A stretch of DNA of 64,000 bases from Gnetum montanum (taxonomy: Eukaryota; Plantae; Gnetophyta). Positions 1 to 13,920 of this stretch are shown here, in pieces. How positions within the stretch are numbered: position 1 is the first letter of the stretch; the number at the start of each line of letters is the position of its first letter. A program made the translations under genes and the position numbers. A model generated the notes under the pieces. That model did no database searches. It was not told the DNA's origin and saw only the letters and a list, made by a program, of their open reading frames with translations. The DNA lies in assembly GCA_015680685.1 (NCBI GenBank), contig MNCI01000719.1, positions 117,192 to 181,191 on the forward strand, given 5' to 3'.

Positions 1-3000
1 CTACCTCCTGACCACACAATTTCGCACGTGCCTATCGATAGCCTGGATCATAGTCCGTGGGGGGGCAGTGACCACAGCCACAAAACATGCAATTGCTACT
101 AGCACCCCTGATGCTAGCACCAGCAGGCCTTTTCGGGTAAGAAAATGGTTCACCCACTTTCCTATCCAATTCTCAAGTTTCTCTAGAACCACCCCCCAAG
201 CCACACAACATCCCCAATTAGACACCAGAATGCCCATGTAGGAATCCTAGAGTGTTCCAGAAGGAACTCCCAAAATTTGCGTAACTTGGCTCCTCACCTA
301 TGAATCCACGTTGAGGAGGTGTATTGATGACTTCTCACAGTTTATCACCAAGCCAAGTTCATCAGCCATCCATGTAAGTGCCTAGTTAATGACTTGCGCC
401 TGTGGGACCCCTGCCCGACTAATCAACATCATGTCATTTGCATGGTGTTCAGCCAAACACTCCACCCCAACAATTTTCAGGCCCCCCACTCCCATAGCCT
501 TGCAATAGTATCTCAAAAGATCCATACTAATGATAAAGAGCAAAGGTGAAAGAGGGTCCCCCTACCGTAATCCCCTTCTAGGAGATGNGATTGCAAGTCA
601 ATACATAGTTTGATGAATTTTGGATCGAATCCTTTCTGCCTCACAATTTCGGTAAGCACCTCCCAACTAATCATATCATATGCCTTTGCAATGTCTAACT
701 TGAGACACAACCCAGGGAATTTTGAGAGACGCAAGGAGTGAAGGAGTTCCTGCATGAGGAGCACTTGGTCTTGCAGGGTCTGTTCTTGAACGAAACCTGT
801 TTGGTTATCCCCGACAAGTCTGGGCATGATCGGGACCAACCTCCACACAAGCAACTTAGAGAAAATGCAGCCCAACACATTGTACACCCCTATAGGTCAA
901 AAGTGGGCTGGAGAGGAGGCATCCGTACACTTGGGAATGCATATGATTCGGGAGCAATTAATTTCACAACAGACCTGCCTCTTGGTCAACATTAGATTAA
1001 GGCATCAAGAATGTTCGGTCCCACAATATCAAAAAATACCTTGAAGAATTCCATACTCCAACCATCAGGCCCAAGGGCCCTCCCTCCAAGCATAGCCCCA
1101 ATAGTCGCTTTCAGCTCCTACTAGGTAAAAGGGGTCAATAGTCAAGCATTGTCTTCTTCTCCCATTACCCATAGAACCTGCACCGACATGGGCAATGTAG
1201 GCCATTTTGCCTAGATCGCTCCCCAGTATGTTGTCAACTCAGGAGCAACGTCCTTCGGATCATCAACCAAATCCCTCATGTCAGTCTAAAACACATGTCA
1301 TTGACTCCACCCACAAGATTTGGCTATGGAAAAAAAGAATTTTGTTTGCCTGTCTCCCTCCCTAAGCCACGTGACCCATAATCTTTGCTTCTAGTAGATT
1401 GCTTCCTCTAAGTCAAGCACCTACAATTGCATCAGAATGTCCTGCTCCTTGTCATGCAAGTCCTCCCCAGCTTCTTGTCAGTATTGCACTTGGGACAATC
1501 TAGACCGAAGGGCTGTACGGCCCATCCGGAACGAGTTCTCCTCCACAAGTAAGGATCTAATAGCCCACTTCAGATGGAGGAGCCCCTCCCGAAGAAAGTT
1601 CCTAGGATCTCCCTGGCTTGGCCAGTTGTCTGCCCAAATGTCCTCCACCAATGGGCATAACCAAGGCTTGAGCAACCAAGTAGCCTCAAACCAAAATGAT
1701 CGAGGGGCCCGTTTCCTCGAAGGCCCAATACAACAGATGAGCAATTAGTGATCCAAGGCAACCCGCTCCTGTCCCATGACCCACACATACAATCTCAGAA
1801 GGAGGTCCGAGCTAATGCAAACATGATCAATTCTAGAAAGAACACAGTCGGTGCCCTTCCACCTGTTGCACCAAGTGAATTGGCAATTTTCAATTGCTAG
1901 GTCTACCAAAGAGTAAGACGACAAGAAATTTTGAAACTTCTAAGCTCCGAGGGGAGGAGCAACCAACACCAAATTTTTCCCAGTAGTGGAGCCGCTGGTT
2001 GAAATCCCTAACAATGAGCTAGGCATAGTGATTCGACACTAGCAATGCCACTCTCTCTAGTTCCAACAGCCTCAACTCCCATTTTTGGGCCACATAAAAG
2101 TTGGTCAGCCACAAGCCTAAGGAGGGACTGTGGACAATCTAGGCCCACTACAACAAGTCAACTAAAAGAGTTTTGAATCATGCCAAGATAGCTAGGCCAC
2201 CCACCCACCCCATGCAAGGCCGTAGGTGCACCTTCCAACCTTCCCATTGAAGGTGGTTAACCTCTGTTGCCTACAGTTTGGTCTCTTGAAGGCATACAAT
2301 GTCACAATCCTCAATGTGAACAATCTTTCACAGGGTATTTCTTTTATAGGGCATACCCTATCCCCTACAATTCCACAAAAGGAGCTTCATGTGTGATCGC
2401 TCAAGCAATGCTGGTAGACCTCCCGCAAGGTCCGTTGTAGTCCTAAGTCAATGTTCCATTTTGTCTGCTTATCTTGCACCAGGCTTTCAAAGGGGTGGCC
2501 TAGTCAACCCCCCTCTGGTACCACCAGAGTGCACCCGGACTCCTTTGAGTGAGGGCAAGCCTCCTCGGGCTTTTGAGATCTTGTGCTCCCCCAGACCACA
2601 TTAACCCAATTGCCAAGAGGGGGAAGCTCGATGCCAAGCATAGTCGACTCAATCGAGAACAGAGAGGCCAAGGAGACTAAAGGGGAGTAGCGGGCATGCT
2701 CCCGCCACAGCAGGGAGACTCGTGGGGAGGCCCATGAGGGGGTAGGGCTGGAGGAGACATCAACGTCTATCCCTTACACCCAACAACCATCCAAACCCCA
2801 CCCACTCCAGCCTCACACATCTTAGCACACACCAACCTCGTTCCCCCACCACAAAATCGACAATTAGGCTCACGATGTTTGTTCATCCCACAAAGGAAGT
2901 AGCCTCCCCCTCAGGCGGGGGAGGGTGGGGGGGGCTTTCTCCACCAATGGTTCAATCTCCATATTTTCAAACTCTGCTTGCAACTGTTCCTTGTCACTAG

Positions 3001-4150
3001 GGAGTTCAAGCACCACCTCCTTGATTAAGTCCTTCAAGGACAAGGCCTGCCAGACATAGAAATAGGCAAAACCCATCCGCTCCATCGACTGTGTCACCTT
3101 GTCGAAAGTGATGAAATCTCCAAAAAAAGCCTTGCAATCCACCTAAGAAAATCCAAGCTTCACATCTCCCACGGAATCTTGGACACGCACACCCACACTG
3201 GTGCGTGAGCAAACAACTCCGACTCTCTGTGTGCTCCCAACCGCTAAGGGGTCAGAGCTAGTCCTCTGGCTCTATAGAACACTGGTTCACCTTGAAGGAC
3301 CGTATTGCAATCTTCCTTTGTTGAAAAAATAAATAGAAGCAGGTCCTTGGAAAGGCTTCTCATATCCACCGCTCCAACTCCCCACACCTTCGTCCACTGC
3401 TAGATAAGGTCCATTCGAGGGCAAGCCCCAGACGACATGAAAAGTCTTATCAGACTATGTTCCATCATTCACACCCACTCCTCTAGCAATCCACTAACCC
3501 AGAGACACATGACACCATCCAAGCACGAGCATTCTTCAATGTCCCCATTCATCGTCGCAAAGCACCCCCNNNNNNNNNNNNNNNNNNNNNNNNNNNNNNN
3601 NNNNNNNNNNNNNNNNNNNNNNNNNNNNNNNNNNNNNNNNNNNNNNNNNNNNNNNNNNNNNNNNNNNNNNNNNNNNNNNNNNNNNNNNNNNNNNNNNNNN
3701 NNNNNNNNNNNNNNNNNNNNNNNNNNNNNNNNNNNNNNNNNNNNNNNNNNNNNNNNNNNNNNNNNNNNNNNNNNNNNNNNNNNNNNNNNNNNNNNNNNNN
3801 NNNNNNNNNNNNNNNNNNNNNNNNNNNNNNNNNNNNNNNNNNNNNNNNNNNNNNNNNNNNNNNNNNNNNNNNNNNNNNNNNNNNNNNNNNNNNNNNNNNN
3901 NNNNNNNNNNNNNNNNNNNNNNNNNNNNNNNNNNNNNNNNNNNNNNNNNNNNNNNNNNNNNNNNNNNNNNNNNNNNNNNNNNNNNNNNNNNNNNNNNNNN
4001 NNNNNNNNNNNNNNNNGGCGTGTCTCTCAAGGCCATCCGCCTGTGGACCAAGCTACGCACCTCCTCGAGGCTGCATGCAATGCTCGTGTTCTCCATTTGC
4101 TTGCATTGCACCCCTTTCCCTCATTCGCACAATACCCATTCTCTCTACTT
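1..4150 (-). mobile_element. Degenerate L1-clade LINE (ORF1 remnant, APE endonuclease, RT); runs off the left edge and spans N-gap 3570-4016
   Basis: ORF2 starts at ATG 2390 (MKLLLWNCRG, APE start motif). RT motifs QTGFV and LKLDIAKAYDMISW lie in ORF 513-887, FWFEATWL in 1478-1744, and YMGILV at the left edge. An ORF1-like PVWVRV segment is at ~3190. Many stops and frameshifts; the 5' boundary is approximate. Confidence 0.88.
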
Positions 4151-4199
4151 GCTCTGCTCGCACCCACAATACCCATTCTTTAATGATGACTTTTTATAG

Positions 4200-6092
4200 T
4201 ATAGAGATTTTTACCCCTTTTACAGTTATTATCTACTACTTATTGTTTTTCTGATTCCATAAAATAACAATAATAATGATAAATAGCCACCTTTAGAAGT
4301 CTATTATCCATCCTTTGTTTTTCTTTCTTTTCCTTTTCCTGTAAAGGATATCAGAGACTGTCCCTCCTCTGTTTCAGACTTTCAGCCTAAGCAAATAGAA
4401 TACCTTTTTCTCACTGGTAATTTACTCCCTATGATTCTGCCTTTCAAACTAAAGAAAGTCCAGAAACTGAAATTTTCCTTAGGCTAACTAGAAAAAAGGA
4501 AAGCTCTCCTCGCCTCTATGGTCCCTCTAGCTATATCCAGGTACATAGCATCGGTAGCGGCCCCAACACAGCAAGTTATCAACAAGATCAATCAAATCAT
4601 CATGTGTTTTGTTTAGTCTGGCCAGAAAAGAGGTCATAAAATGTATCTTATTTTCTGGGAAAAGCTAGCAAAACCAAATTCTGCAGGAGGATTGGGAGTA
4701 CCAAGGTTTGAGGATTCAGTTCTATTGGGTCATCACAATCTCATCAGAAGGATTATGGATACCAATGCGAATGATGTTTCGTGGGTCACATAGTTAAGCA
4801 GCAATGTAGGCTCTAGGGGGTGTTCCAATAATGATTCAACCTTCTGAAGGAACGTCTACCAACAAGACTCTACACTACACCATTTTGCCTCATCAGAACC
4901 AGCCAGCTCGAGGGATATTTTGTAGGGCAGTATGGAATTGCTTAAGGATGGTGTGCGATTTGCAGACACCTCCTGGAAAAAATCAAGATGTTTTTATAGT
5001 TCCTTACCAACTAAGGCCTTTCACTGTCATCGTGGTCTTGAGCTTAACACCAACTTCCTGTTGTGCAGTGCGGATGCCACTGAAATGTAATCCCATCATT
5101 TTTATCTCTGTCCTTTTGCTTTTCACATTTGGCAGGTTAGTGGTCTCAACTTGTCCCTCCCACTACACGGTGACAACCCTGCTGATGCACTTCTATGGTC
5201 TATCTGGAAGACTAGGAATGTTGTCATTTTTAGAAGCGCTCTTGTCTCCCTACTTTGCATTGTCATTACACATGCTAATTTCTTGTGAAAGGAGGTCCTC
5301 GCAGCCATGGGACTGATGCTAACCTATGAACCGGACTGTGAACATTTTTAAAACAACCAAAAGCCTTGGAGTATGGTGCATCAGGTTGGATGGGCTGAAC
5401 TGTTGTTGTTGCTCAAGGGAAATGCCAATTTTCAGGATTTCATTTTCTTTGCTAACTGGGAAGATGAACATACCACTTTCAGAGGGGTACATATTTGCTT
5501 ATCTAAAGTAGCTATTACCAAATATTTCATCATCCAAGCATTGGGGAGGTTATTTTGCCATCAAACCAAGACCCTCCAGATGCAACCCCTTTCTTACCAC
5601 GGAAAATCCCCAAGACTACTAGCATCCAAGTTCCAAACTCAAGTTTACCACTCCTTTGCCAGGATGCAATTGAGCTCATGGACCATTTTTTCATGCAATT
5701 TACAAATGTCTAGAAGTTTTAAGATCTTCATTTTTTTTCTCTAATGTCTGCAATTGAGCAGTCCAATTAATCTCCACAAATTCTTTCTAGTCATGCTTCA
5801 ACAAAGAAGAAGAGGAAGGCATTTGCAAGCCTCGTCATCTCCTAAGCAACCGGGTGAATGCTCCTTTGGGAGGGTTTGCTCCCAGAGTAGAAGTTCTCAA
5901 GATTGGGAATCTTCCCTCCACCTCTAGGGGATTTGTTCTTAGTTTGGCAGTTGTATCTAGGAGATTTGTTCCCCTAATTTTGTCCTCTTTTGAAAGGTGG
6001 TTCCTCACCCCTTTGTATCCAGCTTGTAACTTATGCTATTTCCCTATAATATAATTTACCCAACCATTTCTCAAAAAGAAAAGAAAAAGAAA
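4200..6092 (+). mobile_element. 5'-truncated L1 LINE, 3' part of ORF2 with A-rich tail
   Basis: WEKLAKPNSAGGLGV at ~4655-4700 is the typical L1 post-RT motif. A Cys-rich segment is at ~5400 and the A-rich tail aaaaagaaaagaaaaagaaa at 6073-6092. Left boundary approximate. Confidence 0.75.
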
Positions 6093-6659
6093 TTGCCTTA
6101 GACTAAAAGAGAACATTGTAAATTCCCAACTCTGATGAGCTGTGTTGATAATTAAAGTTTCATATTTGCTCTAGGTCCTCATTTTCCCTTATACTCAGAT
6201 TTTATTGCTAAAAATTCAGGCCCTACATTCAAAGCTTGTTTTCCAAATTTAGGATGCCTGAAATTGGAGAAAACCAATGGTTGATTTTCAGATGAGAAGC
6301 AAAGCTATGTAGCTCTCCCCATTGTATGATGTGAGCTATTTCTTATATGGCATTTAAAATGTCCTTGAGAGGCATAGTTAGCTTCCTTTAATTATATGTT
6401 AATGATAGTGGATCTTGGAAGCTTGGAAGCCTTCTTGGCCTTAAGTCTTTTATTGCATAATAAATGTTTTGTACATTTTGTCATACTTAGATTTTCCTTT
6501 CATGCACAGTAAAGTATTATTTATTTATTCTTGCTTCAATATGCTAACCCATTTATTGATCAGCAATTATGCTTGGCTATTTGTGCAATTATCTATATAT
6601 TCTTGCTTCAACCATGTATGTTTATTTGCTTTTCATAAAATGAACCCATATGAATTATG

Positions 6660-6950
6660 ATTAGACGCCCTTTTGGCCCTAGGATAAACAATTCAATTAC
6701 ACAGCACTTGAAGGTTTTCAATGATGCAGGTACCATTCGTAAATATGTACCCACCTCACGTACAATCCCCTGTCACCTATCTGAAGGGTGTATCAAAGTG
6801 TACTCCAAAAATGATGGTTGAGCAAAGCCTTATTTGTGTAGCCTAGAACCTAAAGATAACCCAACCCATGACCGAATCATTCTTCAAGTTGGATGGTACT
6901 TAATGTGGGAATGCAATGCCATATTGCATGGGCAAGGTTGTTGAAGCCTA
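6660..6950 (+). mobile_element. Possible L1 ORF2 C-terminal remnant
   Basis: One frame gives IPCHL...GWYLMWECNAILHG, resembling the L1 C-terminal Cys motif and the WxLWxERN motif; contains an internal stop. Confidence 0.35.
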
Positions 6951-7379
6951 TATATTTTTGATACCCAACCATTGTTTGAAGCCTATTATAGATTAAATGA
7001 TCTTGTTTGGTAAAAACATAGTAGAGAATTAGAATTACATCCAAACACATCTGTTGGTGCTACTTCTAAAACAAAACTTGTAACAAGTGAGCCACATAAA
7101 TGTTTGGTATTTTTTAATTTCCTTATGATGGGAAGTGTTAGTCATCACCCTTTGTTATGCTAGTCCTTAAAGTATCATAATACTACTAAAGATAGATGAT
7201 ATGCAATTGATGAAATTAAGAAAAGTAGGAAGGCCTCATCTCATGGACAACCTGTTTGAGGGAAGGAGGTACCTAGGCCCTGTAATCAACCCATAATTAT
7301 GAGTTGTATTCTTATTAGTTGCTAGATTAAGTATATCCCCATGTTTTAGGAGGATTGGATAAAAAAAATGTACTTAATT

Positions 7380-9145
7380 TTAGAGGGTGGTTATTAGCAA
7401 TCCTGCAGGATTTTGCTTTATAGAGCCCCACCCCAAGATGTTGAAAGGGATCTGACAGAGGTTTCTCAAGTTAAGGGAAGGGCTCCCTTGGGGGCAAAGG
7501 GATAAACCCCCCTCATGAGGTCTCCCAAATTGAATAACAAGTGATTCCTTCAACAAACAAGGAGGTTTCTACAAGAAAAGACCCTCCACACCAAATGGGG
7601 GAGCTTCCTCCCTTGAGAAGATGAGTTGACCATCTCAAGGGGTCATCCATTACTTCACCTCCCTCACCTAAACCGATTTGTCACCAAATCCTAAAAGAAA
7701 AAAATGAGGGTTTCAAAGTCTACCTAGAGAATCAAAAGGCAAGGAGACCCAACACACAGAAGGCAAGTGATGTACTAGTAGACCATGAGACTTCTCTCCT
7801 AGAACTACATGGGCTAGGGTACCCCATACAGACAAAATAACCTAAACGATTTGGTGAAGCAAGGAGGTTGTGATGTGGTCTGTTTACAAGAAACGAAACA
7901 ACAAGTTTAGCAAAGAGAGTATCTTCAATGAAAAGAATGGTACACCTTCTTTGTTGACACTAGGGGAAGAGCTAGAGGTTTTGTTATCCTGACAAGAATG
8001 TAAGCACATTAGTGGTACAGCTCAGCCTAGAGCATTACTACCTTCTTATCCTCCCTTAACAGCTAGCTCACCAACTTCTATGGCCCTCAAAGTTGGACTG
8101 AGCACATTCAGGAATTATATATGGTTGCTACAACAATACCAAATCATGATCGTTGAGTTACTGCTACAGACTTTAACCAAAGACTTCACAGTTGGGAAAA
8201 ATCCACAATGATGAGATAGAACCTCCAGACAGCAAGGAATGCAACCAATTTCTCTGGGGATATCATCTTATAGATCTCAATATTTAGGGATGCCAATACA
8301 CTTGAAGCAATAATCGTAAAGGGACTAAAAGTGTTCTCTCGAGGATTGACCATGTGTGTGTAAGTTCTCCATTACTCTTGCTCTCTCAATTTGCCCTCAT
8401 AGTCTTTGAATGACAAGCCTCTACTCCTAGTCTTTGATCTTTGGCAACAAGAGAGACAGACCCCCCATCATTTCAAATTTAAGTAAAGTTGGTTACAAAA
8501 AGCTTGGCTTAGGGACTTGGTGATAGATGCTTAACCAATTACCCTAATAATAAGGATCCAAGGAACTTCCTAAAACAGGCTTTGGCCTATGTTAAGAAAG
8601 GGATAAAAATTCATCCAAAGCATGAGAAATACGCCTTTAAGTTTACTAAGAAACAGAGGCTTCAACATCTACACAAAATTCAATCTCTTCAAGAACAAGG
8701 CTTTGACTTGGCTGAAGAGGAAATGGAGGTTCTTCAAGACCTACAGATGCTAAAGAAAGATCAAGAGCTTGATATACTAAGGTTTTCTTTACTGCTGCAA
8801 AAATATCCAATAGTGCTAAGAGAATTCATATGTTGCAAGTTGACAATGACCTCACATTGGACCCAGACAAAATCACAAAGGCCATGGAAAACTATTGGAA
8901 GGGCATTTAGACCAGGTGATCCTCCTCCCCCATTTCTATCCCAATATGGCAGGTCCTGGACCAACACAACAACCAAAAACTTTAAGTCCCAATCTCAAAG
9001 GCTGAAATCTCTGAAGCCATTATCACTATGAAGTTGGGTCATGCTCCTAGCCCTAATGGATGGCCAATTGAATTTTTAGGGAGTTCTTCGATAGTCTTGG
9101 TGATAATCTCATTGACTCCTTCGATCTAATGCTCAAGACTTGACT
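7380..9145 (+). mobile_element. Degenerate L1 LINE (ORF1 end, APE endonuclease, start of RT), related to the element at 1-4150 and inverted relative to it
   Basis: ORF2 ATG at 7785 (MRLLS*N), followed by CDVVCLQETK, VLSRIDHVCV and APSPNGWPIEF. DPRNFLKQAL matches DPRNFLREGL of the left element. Confidence 0.8.
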
Positions 9146-9684
9146 CTCCTTTCCATTATGGCTTTGGATGTTTGGTTAGTTTCACTCTTGTTGTGCCAAG
9201 CTGTTGTGCTAATATTTGTTTCCAACCATAGAATTTGTTATAGTTCATAGGCCCTCATAAGAAATACATCATATGACATCCATGTATGTTGCTTCCACAA
9301 TGACCTTAGACCCAAGTTATACAAATTCATATGTTACTTGTATTTTCTTTGAAAGCAACTGAAAACTAACATTGATATGCATTACTCATAGTCATACCTT
9401 CTCTTCAGCGAAGAGAATTAACAAGGCTTTGTGTGTCCATACATTGCTTATTTAAGCTTCAATATTTACTAGGAAATAAAGAATATGGTGATTCTTTTTT
9501 TTTTTTGTGGGGAAAATGAATAATAATAATAATACCTCAAAGTACATCAGATACATGAAGAGGGAGTCTAAAGAAAAAGCCCAATGGTAAATCTTAAATG
9601 ATTGGTTAAAGAGGGCCCTGCACATCAGAACATTTACTATAGTAAATCAAATTTTCTGAAATCTAAATGATTTTTGCATTATAC

Positions 9685-9784
9685 CTCATCAGGTGATACA
9701 TTCAATGTTTTTGATGCAGCTAAAAAGATATCTGGATCAGGCTTAAGGTTCTGAAATGAATCTGCCGATATAATAGCATCAAAA
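9685..9784 (-). pseudogene. SOQ1: SOQ1-like exon 5 (100 nt)
   Basis: tgcag|T TTT GAT GCT ATT ... GAT GAG|gtata encodes FDAIISADSFQNLKPDPDIFLAASKTLNVSPDE (HAD KP motif). Confidence 0.9.
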
Positions 9785-10371
9785 CTGCACAATCACAAGC
9801 AGCCTAATATATTAAACTGAAAATAACACATAATTTAACGGCAAAAGCAAAGTTTCTGCTAAATGTTTTATCTCATAATTATTTCAAAGAAAAAGCAATA
9901 TATCCATTTCAACTATGGAGATGTAAAAATAATTTTAAATAACTTCATTTCAATAGTGTAATTAATAAGAATGCTTATTTCAATAATTCCTGCAAAAGGA
10001 AACTTATAATATGCAAAACAAACTAAAGGTTAACAATTTAACAGAATTGTACCAAGTATATACCTTTGTCCAAATCTATTTCTAACAAAAAAATCAAACT
10101 TTTACGAGAAATTGTAAAACATGAAAGAACATTTCTAAAAAGAGTGCATGGCTATGATCGTTTTCATCATACTGTAGAAACAGAAGTTTCACAGGATCAG
10201 TTAAAAAAGGAAAAATCCAAGAAGGCACCCTCAAAAACATTGGGTCCCTCCTGTTCTTGCTAACACTGTTCATGAGCCAAGAGAAGTTATATAGGAAAAT
10301 TTGAGCACGTATACTTGATAATGAAATATGGCTTGAATGAAGGTACCTCTGTTTTCTTACATATTTGTGGC

Positions 10372-12280
10372 AAACACTTGTAGTGCCCTACATTTACACA
10401 TGTGACCTTAATACTCCATCAAATACTTAGACTTGAACTTGTTTTGAAGCTTGTATATACTTGCAAATGTACCTAATGCTTCTAAGTTAATATGAAAACT
10501 TCTAACTAAATGATTTAAGAAAATTTACAATTTATTTACAATTTTTGTAATTATTTATTATTTTGAGATAGAAAATTATATTTTTATTGACATATAAGTT
10601 GGTAAAATCTACAATTATTTTAAAATAATATTATAAAATTAATGAGAAAAGGATCTATCATTTATTTTGGTGTTTTGTTGAAATTTTTAATTTATTCAAT
10701 AATTTAATTAATCAAATTCCGTAAAAATTCAAAGTTGTCATAGTGTGCTCAAAGTTGGTAGACTAACTCAATTTTATATGTAAAGTATAGATCTATATTT
10801 AGTTTCTTTATTTGAGTCTTATGTTTTACCATTTTAAGGTTAAATGGTTAAATAAAGTACTTTGTGGGTCCATTTTTTTTTGTTTAATTAAAATATTAAT
10901 TTTCAACATGGTAACTATAGCATGTTTGTGCTTGTTTCAACCAACTCAACACAAGTAAAATATTTGATGTGTAAAAATTTTAATATCACTACCTTTTACT
11001 AGACAAAATAGGAAATTATGAAAATAGGCCATGGACCAAAAATAAATTAGAAACACTCTTATAAAGTGACTTTGAACAAAGGAAGTGGACCACAAATGAA
11101 AAGTCAATGAGAAAAACTATGTAGGATGGTGATGTGTGTTTGATGGACATGCTCATGATGACATATTTTTAATGTGTATATTGTCTACTTCATATTATAT
11201 TATTTTTAAAGTTAAGAACTTTTAAACAACCTAGCTTCACTCAATTGCTCAACTAGTATGTGGTTTTTGTTGGAAAAATGAAGACAAATACATTAATTGT
11301 TGTATTTCCTTTTATGTTGCATTTGATGTGGGGATGTGTTTTATCCCACATGTATTAGGATTGGGGTTTGGTCCTCATGTTTCCTCATAAATAGGAGGCT
11401 TGGTGTTTTATCCCACATGTATTAGGATTGGGGTTTGGTCCTCATGTTTCTTCATAAATAGAAGGCTTGGNNNNNNNNNNNNNNNNNNNNNNNNNNNNNN
11501 NNNNNNNNNNNNNNNNNNNNNNNNNNNNNNNNNNNNNNNNNNNNNNNNNNNNNNNNNNNNNNNNNNNNNNNNNNNNNNNNNNNNNNNNNNNNNNNNNNNN
11601 NNNNNNNNNNNNNNNNNNNNNNNNNNNNNNNNNNNNNNNNNNNNNNNNNNNNNNNNNNNNNNNNNNNNNNNNNNNNNNNNNNNNNNNNNNNNNNNNNNNN
11701 NNNNNNNNNNNNNNNNNNNNNNNNNNNNNNNNNNNNNNNNNNNNNNNNNNNNNNNNNNNNNNNNNNNNNNNNNTTAACAAAGGAAGTGGACCACAAATGA
11801 AAAGTCAATGAGAAAAACTATGTAGGATGGTGATGTGTGTTTGATGGACATGCTCATGATGACATATTTTTAATATGTACATTGTGTACTTCATATTATA
11901 TTATTTTTAAAGTTAAGAACTTTTAAACAACCCAGCTTCACTCAATTACTCAACTAGTATGTGGTTTTCAACTTTTATTACATTCTTTATTATATATTTA
12001 ATCAACTCACTTTAAGAATGTATTTTTATTTAAACATTTCCTCTCTTGATTAAATCTATTTCAACTTTGGATTTAAAATGTTCCACATTTGTACATGTGC
12101 CTCAAAACCCAATGCATATGTAGTGCCCCATATTGGTACATGTGACCTTAATACTCTATCAAATACTTAGACTTGAACTTAATTTGACGCTTGTATATAT
12201 TTGTAAATGTGTCTAATGCTTCTAAGTTAATATGAACACTTCTAATTAGATAATTAAAGCAAATTTACTATTTATTTACA
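10372..12280. repeat. AT-rich intronic repeat block with local duplications around N-gap 11471-11773
   Basis: ~10378-10540 recurs, diverged, at ~12119-12280. ~11075-11268 recurs nearly identically at ~11776-11968. A ~67-bp tandem duplication lies at ~11337-11470. Confidence 0.7.
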
Positions 12281-13080
12281 AACAAAGTCAAAATGCCCCA
12301 CATTTGTACATTTCCTTGATTAAATCGGTTTCAACTTTGGCTTTAAAATCATAGGAAATCTCCACTTTGACTTTGTAGTCTTAGTCTGTGGCACAAAATT
12401 GAAAACCCAACACTTGCTAGTGTCAGGCTACATACAGTGAAAGTTTAGATACAGTAGATATTAATAGAGAATTTATTATTAAAAACATATTGCCAATGAT
12501 CTAGTAATAAAATCTAAAAATAATTTGGGATATATGTAGGCTGTGGAGTGTAGTGTGGTGATATGATTGATAATGATTTATGATAGGGAGTAGTAGCAAG
12601 AAGTATGAAATTGGGGGTAGTAGTGGTAAAAATGATGAAAAAAAAGGTGAGATGGTCATGGAAAATAATAGTGAATAGTGCAAAATTTTGGTGTTTTCAT
12701 TTGGTAGTGAAATTTTCATTACAAAATGAGGCATAAACTTTTCGTATTTATGGACTCCGCTATGGGGCCATGCTAGACTCCTAGGAATAGGTTTTCCCCA
12801 AGAGCCAAATACATTTTAAAAAAAAAAAGACATTTCTTATGTTTTGGGGCTTTCTAATATGTTATTCACCCACATACCTATTTTTTATTTCTTATGGTCT
12901 ACTACCTTACGACTCTTCGATAGGACATTTTTCTAATGTTTCAAAACATTACATGGGTTTTTAAATAAATACATCAAACATATTACTCTTAAAACTCTAT
13001 TTAAAAAACAATAGAGAAACTCCACATGCACAATATGCTTCACAGCTACCTATATTGTTTGTTGCTAAGTTCAAAATATG

Positions 13081-13237
13081 GATCATCATACAAAGGTTCA
13101 ATGCTCATCCCACTATGGCAAGGTCCTAGGAGGTTCAATGGATAAGCAAAAGCCTAACCTCTTTTGAGTGCTCGAACCTAGGTCCTGCAACTTGAGAAAT
13201 AAGCACCTTACAATCACTCCAAATGATGGTGCTTGTC
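13081..13237 (-). mobile_element. tRNA-derived SINE (Au/RTE-partner-like) in SOQ1-like intron 4
   Basis: Perfect 14-bp TSD aagttcaaaatatg at 13067-13080 and 13238-13251. Minus-strand B-box GGTTCGAGCA (13169-13178), a degenerate A-box near 13210-13222, and a short (ATG)n-type tail. Confidence 0.8.
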
Positions 13238-13632
13238 AAGTTCAAAATATGAAAGCTGAAATTTTCTTATTGTTAATGCCTAAAAATTCAAGTTCATGAA
13301 TTTTCCATTGCACAACCTAAAACCCAACATCTTTCTAACTGTATTGTTTGTACAACATACCTTTGCATTTCATCTGCAGAATTTTTGTTACATTATTGAA
13401 CAAAGCCATCATATCACCATGAAACTTTGTGCACATTTAAAATCCATAACTAAAAGAACACACGCTTTATATATATCTTATCTACAGAAAAAAATAATAT
13501 ATTCTAAAATGACCATGGTTGCATGATACCCAAGCCAACTATGTTACAACCTAAAAATAGGTTCTATATTTCCACTAATCATCTGCATCTCTACCATATT
13601 TTATACAAAGTCTCTGGCAAATGAGCGCTTAC

Positions 13633-13726
13633 CATGACAGGGGTAATCCTGCAGCAGCTAAATTTGCATTCACTTTTATTCTATCAGCACTTATGCAACA
13701 GCAACTTTCAGGCCAGCAGTTTTGCA
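13633..13726 (-). pseudogene. SOQ1: SOQ1-like exon 4 (94 nt, 1 nt short)
   Basis: cgcag|TGC AAA ... GTT GCA TAA GTG; adding one C gives GCA TCA AGT GCT GAT AGA (ASSADR). Donor TG|gtaag. Confidence 0.88.
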
Positions 13727-13863
13727 CTGCGAAATAGTTTTCAAAACACTTTTAACACTAAAATGAGAATTTCCCTTTGAACACTTGTTCCTAAACATCA
13801 TATATTAGAAATAAGAAAATCTGTAACAACCTCTCTATCTGATTTACAATAACGACAATGTAC

Positions 13864-13920
13864 CTGCATAACTAATTCCAAAGATCCACTGTATCCAAGA
13901 CCAGAGTTTGGCTTAGCATA
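13864..13920 (-). pseudogene. SOQ1: SOQ1-like exon 3 (57 nt)
   Basis: tgcag|TAT GCT AAG CCA AAC ... ATG CAG|gta encodes YAKPNSGLGYSGSLELVMQ. Confidence 0.88.

Noticed and set aside
3437-4183. Long ORFs over 3437-4183 and 11400-11811
   Set aside because: They are open only because of N runs.
11075-11968. Near-identical duplication flanking an N-gap as a biological tandem duplication
   Set aside because: Its position on both sides of a scaffold gap makes allelic overlap or an assembly artefact likely; it cannot be resolved without reads.
13081-13237. tRNA gene
   Set aside because: It has a B-box but no cloverleaf; the TSD and tail indicate a SINE.
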